DNA of 64,000 nucleotides, taken from contig JALCRY010000006.1 of the NCBI GenBank assembly GCA_022652985.1, positions 284 through 64,283 of the forward strand. The letters are read 5' to 3'. This document shows positions 45,369 through 58,149 of this stretch, piece after piece (position 1 is the stretch's first letter; every line of letters begins with the position of its first letter). This DNA comes from Eubacteriaceae bacterium. GTDB lineage: Bacteria > Bacillota > Clostridia > Peptostreptococcales > Anaerovoracaceae. Under the pieces are notes generated by a model. That model was not told where the DNA came from and did no database searches. It saw nothing but the letters and a program-made list of their open reading frames with translations. The position numbers and the translations under genes are program-made.

Positions 45369-47306
45369 ATGAGCACTATTATTTTTCTAATCGTGTTTCC
45401 GCTTGTAGTTGCGGTAGCTCTTTTGATACTCAAGGCAGACGCGGCAAGAGACATCGTTGTCAAGGTCGGTTCCGCAGTAATAATTGCGGCTTCGATCTAT
45501 CTTGTCGTTAAGTACTTCAGCTCGGGCGGGCAGTATTTCAGCGCGTCCAATGAAGCTGTCGGTACAGCGATGACCATCATTTCGGCTTTACTGGCCATTG
45601 TCGGTTTCGTATTAGGCATCAAATACAAGAAGTATTTGGCTTGTCTCCTTGTTGTTGTCACCACTCCGTTACAGCTGTGGTTTGAGTTCACCAAAGGCCA
45701 TGAGATCGCTGTCAATTACAATATGTACATCGACAGGCTTTCAATGATCATGGTACTTATCATCGGAATCATTGGTACCCTTATATGTGTCTATGCACTT
45801 GGATACATGAAGGATGACCAGAAACATCAGAAAGACGGAAAAGACAGAAGACCTTGGTTCTTCTTCCTTATGTTCGTCTTCCTTTCGGCAATGTTTGGAA
45901 TCGTTACATCGAACAATCTGTTATGGATGTTCTTCTTCTGGGAGATCACAACATACTGTTCGTTCTTCCTCATCGGCTACAACGGCCTGTTCCACAAGAA
46001 GGAATTTGAGGATAAGATCGCTACGAGAAACGCTTTCAGAGCATTCATTATGACGAGCCTCGGCGGTCTCGGTTTTGTTATCGGGATCATCTTACTCGGT
46101 TCAGGACTCGGTACAATCGAACTTTCAACTATGCTTGCTTACGGCAGCATGGGCGGAAGTGTTGTTGCACCTGCTCTGTTCCTGGTATTCGCAGGACTCA
46201 CAAAGGCAGCACAGATGCCGTTCGACAGCTGGCTGCTCGGCGCGATGGTCGCACCTACACCTACATCAGCTTTGCTCCATTCATCAACAATGGTCAAGGC
46301 AGGCGTATTCCTGATCATCAAGCTTGCACCGGTGCTCGGCTGGAATATTGCCGGCATTATGGCGATGTTCGTCGGAGGCATAACATTCCTCATGACGTCG
46401 TTCGCTGCTATCGGACAGTCAAACGGCAAGAAAGTTCTTGCTTACTCAACTATATCCAACCTCGGACTGATCTGCGCCTGCGGCGGCGTTGGAACACCTG
46501 AAGCGGTATGGGCTGGAATCATGCTTATCATATTCCATGCTATTACCAAGTGTCTCATGTTCCTCTGCGTCGGTACTGCAGAACATCAGATCGGAAGCAG
46601 AAACATCGAGGATATGGATGGACTCTTCGAGAAACTGCCTCGTCTGGCAGGATGCATGATGATCGGTATCGCAGGCATGTATCTGGCACCTTTCGGAATG
46701 CTGATTTCTAAGTGGGCTACACTTACTGCATTCGTAGATTCCGGAAACATACTCCTTATTCTCATCATCTGCTTCGGCAGTGCGGCTACTGTGTTCTACT
46801 GGACAAAGTGGCTGGGAAAACTTTCTGCTACTATGGCGGGAAGAGAAAATCTGCAGAAGAATGTTCACGGAGAAGAAACTTTTGTGCATGTCACGCTTGC
46901 AACACTTACGGTTCTCGTATGCCTGTGCTTCCCGTTCATCTCGAGCACACTCGTGGTGCCTTATCTGGTATCGGCATTCGGAGCAGTCGATGCACTTGCG
47001 CTTTCGGCTAACAACATGATCATCATGTGCATCATGATAGCTGTTATCGTACTGCTGTTCATCTTCTTCTTCGGGAGAACAAACAAAAAGATCGTTCCTA
47101 TTTATATGAACGGTGTCAATGAAGGCGATAACCTTTCATTTAAGAATGCTTTCCAGGCACCGACGGAAGTCGGCCTGAGAAACTGGTATATGGAATCGTA
47201 CTTCGGCGAAGTCAAAATGAATGTTATCGGCTGTGTGGCAACGGCTGTGCTTGAAGTTGCATGCATTGTTGCAGTTGCGGCATTGATGTTAGGAGGTATC
47301 GCATAA
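45369..47306 (+). CDS. echA: Ech hydrogenase subunit A (NuoL/antiporter-like proton-conducting membrane subunit)
   Basis: 645 aa polytopic. Motif LGAMVAPTPTSALLHSSTMVKAGVFL. SD AGGAGG. Confidence 0.88.
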   Translation: MSTIIFLIVFPLVVAVALLILKADAARDIVVKVGSAVIIAASIYLVVKYFSSGGQYFSASNEAVGTAMTIISALLAIVGFVLGIKYKKYLACLLVVVTTPLQLWFEFTKGHEIAVNYNMYIDRLSMIMVLIIGIIGTLICVYALGYMKDDQKHQKDGKDRRPWFFFLMFVFLSAMFGIVTSNNLLWMFFFWEITTYCSFFLIGYNGLFHKKEFEDKIATRNAFRAFIMTSLGGLGFVIGIILLGSGLGTIELSTMLAYGSMGGSVVAPALFLVFAGLTKAAQMPFDSWLLGAMVAPTPTSALLHSSTMVKAGVFLIIKLAPVLGWNIAGIMAMFVGGITFLMTSFAAIGQSNGKKVLAYSTISNLGLICACGGVGTPEAVWAGIMLIIFHAITKCLMFLCVGTAEHQIGSRNIEDMDGLFEKLPRLAGCMMIGIAGMYLAPFGMLISKWATLTAFVDSGNILLILIICFGSAATVFYWTKWLGKLSATMAGRENLQKNVHGEETFVHVTLATLTVLVCLCFPFISSTLVVPYLVSAFGAVDALALSANNMIIMCIMIAVIVLLFIFFFGRTNKKIVPIYMNGVNEGDNLSFKNAFQAPTEVGLRNWYMESYFGEVKMNVIGCVATAVLEVACIVAVAALMLGGIA

Positions 47307-48169
47307 TGACAGTAATGATTATTTCGGTTGTTGCATACCTTATCCTCGGACCTATCGTCGGCGGTTTACTGGCAGGATGCGACAGAAAGATTACAGCACA
47401 CATGCAGAGCAGGGTCGGCCCTCCGATCCGTCAGCCTTTCTACGATGTGTTCAAGCTGACAGAAAAGGAAGATATTACAGTTAATAACGTACAGGATTTC
47501 TACGTATTATGCTTCCTTATATTCACAATAGTAACAGGATGTCTGTTCTTTGCAGGACAGAGTTTGCTGCTCGTATTCTTCACACTGACTACGGCAAGCA
47601 CATTCCTGATCGTAGCGGCGTATTCGTCGAATTCACCATATGCTGAAGCAGGTGCTGCAAGAGAACTGCTCCAGGTAATGGCTTATGAACCGATGGTTCT
47701 TCTTTCGGCGATAGGTTTCTACATGGCTACAGGTTCGTTCGATGTAAGCCAGATCATGACATCTGAGACAATGCCGTTCTTCGCGGTATGGGGTCTCTTC
47801 ATCGGTCTTGTATTCATCATGACGATCAAGTTCAGAAAATCACCTTTCGATCTCTCGATGTCGGAGCACGCACATCAGGAGCTGGTCGGCGGACTCAAAA
47901 CTGAGTTCTCAGGTAAGACTCTGGCTATGGTAGAAGTCGCTCACTGGTATGAAAACGTAATGCTTCTCGGACTGATTTTCCTGTTCTTCGCGAACGGAAC
48001 AGTCGCGGGTTATGTGATAGGCGTAGTTGTTGCGCTGCTGACATATTTCCTGGAAATATTCATCGACAACAGTTTCGCGAGAATGAAGTGGCAGGCGGCG
48101 ATCAACTCAGCATGGATCGTAGCTGCAGCTCTCGGAGCAGTCAATTTATTCGTATTATTATTAGTATAA
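47306..48169 (+). CDS. echB: Ech hydrogenase subunit B (NuoH/HycD-like membrane subunit)
   Basis: Start at MTVMII (TAATG overlap). DRKITAHMQSRVGPP motif. Confidence 0.88.
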   Translation: MTVMIISVVAYLILGPIVGGLLAGCDRKITAHMQSRVGPPIRQPFYDVFKLTEKEDITVNNVQDFYVLCFLIFTIVTGCLFFAGQSLLLVFFTLTTASTFLIVAAYSSNSPYAEAGAARELLQVMAYEPMVLLSAIGFYMATGSFDVSQIMTSETMPFFAVWGLFIGLVFIMTIKFRKSPFDLSMSEHAHQELVGGLKTEFSGKTLAMVEVAHWYENVMLLGLIFLFFANGTVAGYVIGVVVALLTYFLEIFIDNSFARMKWQAAINSAWIVAAALGAVNLFVLLLV

Positions 48170-48181
48170 GGAGGTGTAAAG

Positions 48182-48703
48182 ATGTCATATGTAGCAAAAT
48201 CACCATGGATCATCCATTATGACGGCTCCAGCTGCAACGGCTGCGACATAGAAGTACTGGCATGCCTTACACCTATGTACGACGTTGAGAGATTCGGTAT
48301 TGTAAATACCGGAAATCCTAAGCACGCAGATGTTTTTCTTATAACGGGTGCCGTTAACGAGAGAAACAAAGGCGTTATAAAGCAGATCTATGACCAGATG
48401 CCGGAACCTAAAGTAGTAGTTGCCGTAGGCATATGCGCCTGCTCGGGCGGAATCTGGGAAGAATGTTATAACATTCTCGGCGGAACAGACAAGGTCATCC
48501 CGGTCGACTGTTATGTACCGGGCTGTGCTGCAAGACCTGAAGCCATTATCGATGGTGTAGTTGCGGGACTTGGAGTGCTGGCTGAAAAGAGAGCGAGAAT
48601 GGAAAAGGGTCTCGATCCTGAAGGCAAAGACGAAGCTGCCCCAGAGGCTGCTGTAGGCGCGCCTGAAGGAACAGAGGCATCAGAAGCGGAAAAGGAGGCA
48701 TAA
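48182..48703 (+). CDS. echC: Ech hydrogenase small subunit (NuoB-like, [4Fe-4S]) with an Ala/Glu/Pro-rich tail
   Basis: 173 aa. CNGCDIE, GICACSGG and PGCAARPEA cluster ligand motifs. Tail from about residue 141. Confidence 0.9.
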   Translation: MSYVAKSPWIIHYDGSSCNGCDIEVLACLTPMYDVERFGIVNTGNPKHADVFLITGAVNERNKGVIKQIYDQMPEPKVVVAVGICACSGGIWEECYNILGGTDKVIPVDCYVPGCAARPEAIIDGVVAGLGVLAEKRARMEKGLDPEGKDEAAPEAAVGAPEGTEASEAEKEA

Positions 48704-48705
48704 TA

Positions 48706-49065
48706 ATGAGTGAAGAAAAGAAATATCTGATCCAGAACTTTGAGCCCATTACTCCGGACAAGCTTCTTGAAAGAGTAAGAAATCTTAAAGACGAGGGCTA
48801 CAGATTTGTACAGCTCTGCGGAATCAATAAGAAGGATCACTATCAGTTACTGTATGCATTCGATCTGGACCACGTAATGTTGCTCCTGAGAATGGATATT
48901 ACACCTGATGAGGAAGTTGAAAGCATCACGAAGGAATACTGGCCGGCATTTATTTATGAGAACGAGGTACACGATCTTTTCGGTATCAAGTTCCTGCATA
49001 ATGCACTTGATTACGGCGGGAATTTCTTCACGACGAGCGAACCAACTCCATGGGCAATAAAGTAG
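48706..49065 (+). CDS. echD: Ech hydrogenase subunit D (NuoC-like)
   Basis: 119 aa, positioned between the small and large subunits. YAFDL...HDLFGIKF pattern of NuoC/HycE-N. Confidence 0.8.
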   Translation: MSEEKKYLIQNFEPITPDKLLERVRNLKDEGYRFVQLCGINKKDHYQLLYAFDLDHVMLLLRMDITPDEEVESITKEYWPAFIYENEVHDLFGIKFLHNALDYGGNFFTTSEPTPWAIK

Positions 49066-49083
49066 CAGAAGGGAAGGTAGAAA

Positions 49084-50169
49084 ATGAGTAAAAGAACTAT
49101 TATTCCTTTCGGACCACAGCACCCAGTTCTTCCGGAACCGGTACATCTGGACCTGGTTATCGAAGACGAAAAGGTTGTAGAAGCCATTCCATCTATCGGA
49201 TTTATCCATAGAGGTCTGGAGAAACTCGTGGAAAAAAAGGAATATACCGAAATGGTATATGTAATTGAGAGAATATGCGGCATCTGCAGTTTCGGCCATG
49301 GCTGGGGCTGCGTCGGCGCGATCGAAGGCGCTATGGGAATAGAAGTCCCGCAGAGAGCCGACTATTTAAGAACTATCTGGCATGAGCTGTCCAGGGTACA
49401 CAGTCATCTGCTGTGGCTCGGACTGCTGGCTGACGGCTTCGGTTTCGAAAGTCTGTTCAACCACTGCTGGAGAGTAAGAGAAGCTGTTCTCGATATATTC
49501 GAAGAAACAACAGGCGGAAGAGTTATCTTCTCGGTCTGCACTGTCGGCGGAGTCAGAAAAGACATCGACAATGCAACGCTGAGAGCTATCTCGCAGAAGC
49601 TTGAAGAAATCAAAAAAGAGACGCAGAAACTTACGGGCGTATTCATCAACGATACATCTGTTAAGAACAGACTCTGCGGAGTAGGATATCTCAGCAAGGA
49701 AGATGCAACAGAACTCTGTACCGTAGGACCTATGGCCAGAGCATCCGGCATCGTTCAGGATATCAGACTGACAGGCAATGGCGTATATGATGAAATCGGA
49801 TTTGAGCCGTGCGTTGAGACAGCAGGAGACTGCTGGGCAAGATGCAAGGTAAGGATCGACGAGATCTATGCTTCAATAAACATGATTCAGACAGCCATCG
49901 ACAAGATCCCTGACACGGAGATCGCAGTTCCTGTAAAGGGCAACTTCAGCGGCGAATTCGCTCTGAGAATGGAGCAGCCTAGAGGAGAAGCTTTCTACTA
50001 TGCAAAGGGTTTTGATGAGCCGACTAAGTTCATGGAAAGAATGCGTGTAAGGACACCGACCAACATGAATATTCCTGCAATGGTGAAAACTCTGCAGGGA
50101 TGCGATCTGGCAGATGTTCCTATGAATATCCTGACCATTGACCCATGCATCAGTTGTACAGAAAGGTAG
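49084..50169 (+). CDS. echE: Ech [NiFe] hydrogenase large subunit (group 4)
   Basis: 361 aa. N-terminal RICGICSFGH and C-terminal DPCISCTER Ni-Fe ligand motifs. The protein ends at the motif with no cleavable extension. Confidence 0.93.
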   Translation: MSKRTIIPFGPQHPVLPEPVHLDLVIEDEKVVEAIPSIGFIHRGLEKLVEKKEYTEMVYVIERICGICSFGHGWGCVGAIEGAMGIEVPQRADYLRTIWHELSRVHSHLLWLGLLADGFGFESLFNHCWRVREAVLDIFEETTGGRVIFSVCTVGGVRKDIDNATLRAISQKLEEIKKETQKLTGVFINDTSVKNRLCGVGYLSKEDATELCTVGPMARASGIVQDIRLTGNGVYDEIGFEPCVETAGDCWARCKVRIDEIYASINMIQTAIDKIPDTEIAVPVKGNFSGEFALRMEQPRGEAFYYAKGFDEPTKFMERMRVRTPTNMNIPAMVKTLQGCDLADVPMNILTIDPCISCTER

Positions 50170-50730
50170 GTGAGAGCAGTGTCAGTTTTTAAGATCGGCA
50201 AGGTCGTTATGGGCAGCCTGTTCAAAAAGCCAGCAACTCTCATGTACCCAGTAGTACCAAGAGAATGGCAGGAACGAACAAGAGGCCATATCGATGTAAA
50301 CGAGCCTGAGTGCATCCTCTGCGGAATGTGCATGAGGAAGTGCCCGACAAACGCAATTACAGTTGACAGAAACGCGCATACATGGAGTATCGAAAGAATG
50401 AAATGTATCCAGTGCGGATGCTGCACATATAATTGCCCGAAGAGTTGTCTTACGATGGCGCAGACATATACTGCACCTTCGGTCACCAAGACTGTTGACA
50501 CATTCGAGATTCCTCAGAAAGAGAAAGCCGGCGGCGCTAAATCAGCAGACGGCAAACTCCAGAACAATATCGAAGAGTGTATTTACTGCGGACTTTGCGC
50601 AAAGAATTGTCCTCAGGAAGCAATCACGGTTGACAGAAAAGAGAAGTCGTGGAAGCTCGATGAAGAAAAATGCGTCAAGTGCGGACTCTGCACTGAGAAG
50701 TGCCCGAAGAAGTGCTTGGAAATCAAATAG
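50170..50730 (+). CDS. echF: Ech hydrogenase subunit F (NuoI-like) fused to an extra 2x[4Fe-4S] ferredoxin domain
   Basis: 186 aa with four CxxCxxCxxxCP motifs (CILCGMCMRKCP, CIQCGCCTYNCP, CIYCGLCAKNCP, CVKCGLCTEKCP). The start is ambiguous: GTG at 50170 or GTG at 50179. Confidence 0.85.
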   Translation: MRAVSVFKIGKVVMGSLFKKPATLMYPVVPREWQERTRGHIDVNEPECILCGMCMRKCPTNAITVDRNAHTWSIERMKCIQCGCCTYNCPKSCLTMAQTYTAPSVTKTVDTFEIPQKEKAGGAKSADGKLQNNIEECIYCGLCAKNCPQEAITVDRKEKSWKLDEEKCVKCGLCTEKCPKKCLEIK

Positions 50731-50742
50731 TAGTGCTTTTTT

Positions 50743-50776
50743 AAAGGACTGTCCATGAAGGACAGTCCTTTTTTTA
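50743..50776 (+). terminator. Rho-independent terminator after echF
   Basis: AAAGGACTGTC/GACAGTCCTTT stem followed by TTTTT. Confidence 0.88.
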
Positions 50777-50825
50777 TTTGTAAAAGTGTGCTATAATTAT
50801 ATTTGCTGAAATCCCAGCGAATTCA

Positions 50826-50854
50826 TTGACAATTATGTAACAGGTACATATAAT
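50826..50854 (+). promoter_or_regulatory. Consensus sigma-70 promoter for the PFOR gene
   Basis: TTGACA, 17-nt spacer, TATAAT. Both hexamers are perfect. Predicts a 5' UTR of about 150 nt. Confidence 0.7.
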
Positions 50855-50987
50855 CTTAATTGTATTTTGATGTATCAACTATTGAATACTGTATACAAGA
50901 TTTTTGTTCATACTATCGGCTGAGGCCGGTTGATGTGATAAATGTATTACTATTATGGGACGTGCAGATCAGGGCAGGCTCCTGTGA

Positions 50988-54515
<3,528 letters not shown>

Positions 54516-54545
54516 CATACATACTGAAATATCAATAATAAGAAA

Positions 54546-54574
54546 GGCGGCAGGTCAAAGACCTGCCGTCTTTT
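54546..54574 (+). terminator. Rho-independent terminator after PFOR
   Basis: CGGCAGGTC-AAA-GACCTGCCG followed by TCTTTT. Confidence 0.88.
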
Positions 54575-54578
54575 CAGG

Positions 54579-54608
54579 TTGTACATATACCGGCATATGT
54601 GTTAAAAT
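54579..54608 (+). promoter_or_regulatory. hyp operon promoter with an embedded 18-nt near-palindrome
   Basis: TTGTAC, 18-nt spacer, TGT-TAAAAT extended -10. ACATATACCGGCATATGT (54583-54600) fills the spacer. Confidence 0.5.
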
Positions 54609-54629
54609 AAACATTCGGGAGACAATATT

Positions 54630-54971
54630 ATGCATGAATTGCCTATTACAGAACAGCTTATAAAGCTGGCGGAAAAACACTGCCGCGATAATGACGGTAC
54701 GAAGGTCATAAAGATCAATCTGGTGTGCGGAGATTATTCGGGATTTGTTCCGGAGTCGATACACATGTATTTTGATATCATCTCAGAGGGCACAATGTGT
54801 GAAGGTGCGGAGATAGATATCAGAAGAGTGAAGCCGAAGCTCAAATGTCCTTCCTGCGGAGAACTGTTTGAGCGCGAACTTTTTTCTTTTGCGTGTCCGA
54901 AGTGCGGAACAGACGGTGAGCCGACAGATATAGGCAAGGAATTTTATATTGAATCGATCGAAATAGAATAA
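54630..54971 (+). CDS. hypA: Hydrogenase nickel insertion protein HypA
   Basis: 113 aa. MHELPIT start and zinc motifs CPSCG...CPKCG. Confidence 0.92.
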   Translation: MHELPITEQLIKLAEKHCRDNDGTKVIKINLVCGDYSGFVPESIHMYFDIISEGTMCEGAEIDIRRVKPKLKCPSCGELFERELFSFACPKCGTDGEPTDIGKEFYIESIEIE

Positions 54972-54988
54972 AGGAAGGAATATTTAAA

Positions 54989-55648
54989 ATGCATGATGTC
55001 AAAAAAATAGATGTTATGGAAGGGATCCTGGACGAAAACGACAGCATCGCTGCCAGGGTCAAAGAGACCCTGGGAGAAAAGGGCATCCTTGTAGTGAATG
55101 AAATGGGAGCTCCGGGCGTAGGCAAGACGACAACGCTGAAAAATATATTCAGCCGCCTGAAAAATGTCAAGCCTTATGTTATCGAGGGAGACATTGAAGC
55201 TGATTTCGACACGAAAGATCTTCAGGCTTCCGGCGTCCAGACACTGCAGATAAATACATACGGATCCTGCCACCTGGATGCGCCGATGATAGAGCATACA
55301 GTGGGGAAAATGGAATTTGATGAAAAAGGGATTCTGTTTATCGAGAATATCGGAAATCTTGTATGCCCGGCTGAGTTCACGATAGGCGAGCATGTGATGA
55401 TGCTGGTTTCCACAGTGACAGAAGGAAGCGACAAACCGTATAAATATCCTCTGGCTTTTGAAAAGGCAGATGTGATTATTCTTAATAAAGTAGATCTTAT
55501 GCCGTACCTCGATTTCGACGAGGAGTTTTATATGAAGGGCGTAAGGCAGCTCAATCCCGATGTTCCGGTATTCAAGGTATCGGGAAGAACGGGCGAAGGG
55601 TTTGATGAAGTGACGGCATGGTTCGAAAAACGTGCCGAGGAGTTGTAG
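54989..55648 (+). CDS. hypB: Hydrogenase nickel incorporation GTPase HypB (no His-rich N-terminus)
   Basis: 219 aa. GAPGVGKTT P-loop, ENIGNLVCPAEF and NKVDL motifs. Confidence 0.92.
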   Translation: MHDVKKIDVMEGILDENDSIAARVKETLGEKGILVVNEMGAPGVGKTTTLKNIFSRLKNVKPYVIEGDIEADFDTKDLQASGVQTLQINTYGSCHLDAPMIEHTVGKMEFDEKGILFIENIGNLVCPAEFTIGEHVMMLVSTVTEGSDKPYKYPLAFEKADVIILNKVDLMPYLDFDEEFYMKGVRQLNPDVPVFKVSGRTGEGFDEVTAWFEKRAEEL

Positions 55649-55656
55649 GATTTAAA

Positions 55657-57924
55657 ATGGGCAGGAAAGTTACAGAGAAGATCACCTTATGGGGGATAGT
55701 GCAGGGAGTTGGTTTCAGACCATTCGTAGCCAAGATCGCCGACCGCATGTCGATGACAGGTGAAGTCCTGAACAAGGGCGGTCTGGTGGAAATAGTTGTT
55801 ACAGATACTCCGAAGCGTATCGATGAGTTTGTCAGAGCGCTGGAGCGGGAAAAACCGGCGCCGGCGGAGATCGTGCATATAAAGCGCGAAACACTGATAG
55901 CCAGGGAATTCACCGGGTTTACAATACTGAGCAGCGATGAAGGCGGGCTGGAAGCGGCCATGATACCCGCTGATCTTGCGGTGTGCCCGGACTGCCTGAG
56001 AGAAATGTACGACAAGGAAAACAGGCGCTACATGCATCCGTTTATCAGCTGCATGGTATGCGGGCCGAGATATACGATCATCGACAGGATCCCTTATGAC
56101 AGGGACAATACTGCGATGATAGATTTTCCTATGTGCAGCCAGTGTGAAGAAGAGTATACGACGCTGACTGACAGAAGATATCATGCGCAGACCATTTCCT
56201 GCCATGACTGCGGGCCGCAGATGGAATACAAACTGAATACGGCGGAGGATTCATTAAAGGGGCCGCTCGAAAAAGCGGCTGCGCTGCTCAAAGAGGGACG
56301 CGTCATCGCATTCAAGAGCATGGGCGGGTATAACCTGATAGCAAATCCTTTTGACGAGCAGGAAGTCAGCGACCTCAGAGAAGTAAAGAACCGCGAAGAG
56401 AAACCTTTCGCGATCATGTTCAGAAGCGTTGAGGAAATAAAAGAATACTGCTATATGAATGAGGTCGAGGAAAAGCTGATCACATCGTCGGCGCGTCCGA
56501 TATTACTGCTCGAGAGAAAACCTATCGAGGAGCTGCAGGACATGAAACCGAGAAATTACAGCGAACTTGCCAAAAGCAGGTTTGTCGGGGCTTTCCTGCC
56601 GAGCATGGGCGGACAGTATATCATGCTTGACTATTTCGGCGGCCCTCTGATTGTTACAAGTGCAAATTCATCGGGCATGCCGATTATCCGTACTGAAAAA
56701 GAGATGTTTGATTTCATGGATAATCAGCCGCTGGTTTCCGAAGCTTTCTACAACCTGCGCGAGATCAGGGTAACGGTGGATGATTCAGTGGTGAGAGTTA
56801 TCGACGGCCAGCCGCAGATGATCAGAAGATCGAAGGGCTATGCCCCGGTGCCTCTTTATATGGAAGGTGCGGAGGGACAGATACTTGCAGCAGGCGGTCA
56901 GCTCAAAAACTCGTTCTGCGTGAGCAAGGGACCGTTCGCATATGTGAGTCAGTACTTCGGCGATATGGACACAGTAGAGTCTCAGGAGATATATAATTAC
57001 AATGTTGACAGGATGAGCGGGCTTTTCCGGATAACTCCGGAGAAGATCGTCTGCGATATGCATCCTCTTTATTATACGACGAAGTTTGCAGAGACATACG
57101 CAAAGGAGCATGATATTCCGCTGCTCAAAGTGCAGCATCATCACGCGCATGTCGGTTCGGTAATGGCCGAGCACAGTCTCAGAGGGCCGGTGATAGGTGT
57201 GAGCTTCGACGGCACGGGCTACGGCACCGACGGAAACATATGGGGCGGCGAATTCCTCGTCTGTGAAAACGGGGAAATGATAAGAGCTGCTCACCTTAAG
57301 TATGTAAAGATGATTGGCGGGGACAGATCTATGAAAGAGGCCTGGAAATCCGCTGCCAGTTATATTCATGCGGTGGATTCAGGCTACATGGAGTATTCTC
57401 ACGATGATGAGATCACGGTCGATATCAAGGATATCATCGAATATGCCGAAATAAACGGGATACTGGATGATGACGATTTTCAGACAGCCATAGCGGCTAT
57501 GGATCATGATATCAATACGATATACAGTTCCAGCATGGGGCGCCTGTTTGATGCGGTGTCGGCGATGCTGGGGATCTGCAGCTACAATGAATATGAAGGC
57601 GAGTGTGCGATGCTGCTCGAGGACGCGGCGGCAGAGGCAATCAAAAATCCGGGTGAAGAAGATTCTAACGAACTGGCACTGATGTTCCATCAGCGGATCG
57701 CCGAAATGATACGAATACAATGCCTGAGGATCTGGGACGATTACGGGATCAGGAAGGTGGCGCTCACGGGCGGAACTTTCCAGAATAAAATATTGATGGA
57801 AATGACACTGGAACTGCTCAGAAATGAGGGGTTTGAAGTATATTACAACGTATCTGTCAGTCCGAACGACGGCGGCATAGCTCTCGGGCAGACATATATC
57901 GCGTCAATGAAAGGAAATGATTAA
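55657..57924 (+). CDS. hypF: Carbamoyltransferase HypF
   Basis: About 755 aa from MGRKVTEK. Acylphosphatase domain (GIVQGVGFRPFV), two zinc fingers (CPDCLREM...CMVCGPRYTI; CSQCEEEY...CHDCGP), YrdC-like and Kae1-like domains. Confidence 0.93.
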   Translation: MGRKVTEKITLWGIVQGVGFRPFVAKIADRMSMTGEVLNKGGLVEIVVTDTPKRIDEFVRALEREKPAPAEIVHIKRETLIAREFTGFTILSSDEGGLEAAMIPADLAVCPDCLREMYDKENRRYMHPFISCMVCGPRYTIIDRIPYDRDNTAMIDFPMCSQCEEEYTTLTDRRYHAQTISCHDCGPQMEYKLNTAEDSLKGPLEKAAALLKEGRVIAFKSMGGYNLIANPFDEQEVSDLREVKNREEKPFAIMFRSVEEIKEYCYMNEVEEKLITSSARPILLLERKPIEELQDMKPRNYSELAKSRFVGAFLPSMGGQYIMLDYFGGPLIVTSANSSGMPIIRTEKEMFDFMDNQPLVSEAFYNLREIRVTVDDSVVRVIDGQPQMIRRSKGYAPVPLYMEGAEGQILAAGGQLKNSFCVSKGPFAYVSQYFGDMDTVESQEIYNYNVDRMSGLFRITPEKIVCDMHPLYYTTKFAETYAKEHDIPLLKVQHHHAHVGSVMAEHSLRGPVIGVSFDGTGYGTDGNIWGGEFLVCENGEMIRAAHLKYVKMIGGDRSMKEAWKSAASYIHAVDSGYMEYSHDDEITVDIKDIIEYAEINGILDDDDFQTAIAAMDHDINTIYSSSMGRLFDAVSAMLGICSYNEYEGECAMLLEDAAAEAIKNPGEEDSNELALMFHQRIAEMIRIQCLRIWDDYGIRKVALTGGTFQNKILMEMTLELLRNEGFEVYYNVSVSPNDGGIALGQTYIASMKGND

Positions 57925-58149
57925 ATGTGTGTAGCAATACCGGGAAAGATAGTATCGCTGGACGGCAACATGGCCAAGGCTGATTTCAGCGGCAATATTG
58001 TTGATGTGAATACCGGCATAATCGATGCGAAGATCGGAGATTATGTGCTGGTGCACGCCGGCTGTGCGATCGAAGTCATGGAAAAGGATAAAGCGCAGGA
58101 ACTCATCGATCTCTTCGCGGAGATAGATGAATTGGAAAGGGAGCAGTAA
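57925..58149 (+). CDS. hypC: Hydrogenase assembly chaperone HypC
   Basis: 74 aa. N-terminal MCVAIPG with the essential Cys2. Confidence 0.92.
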   Translation: MCVAIPGKIVSLDGNMAKADFSGNIVDVNTGIIDAKIGDYVLVHAGCAIEVMEKDKAQELIDLFAEIDELEREQ

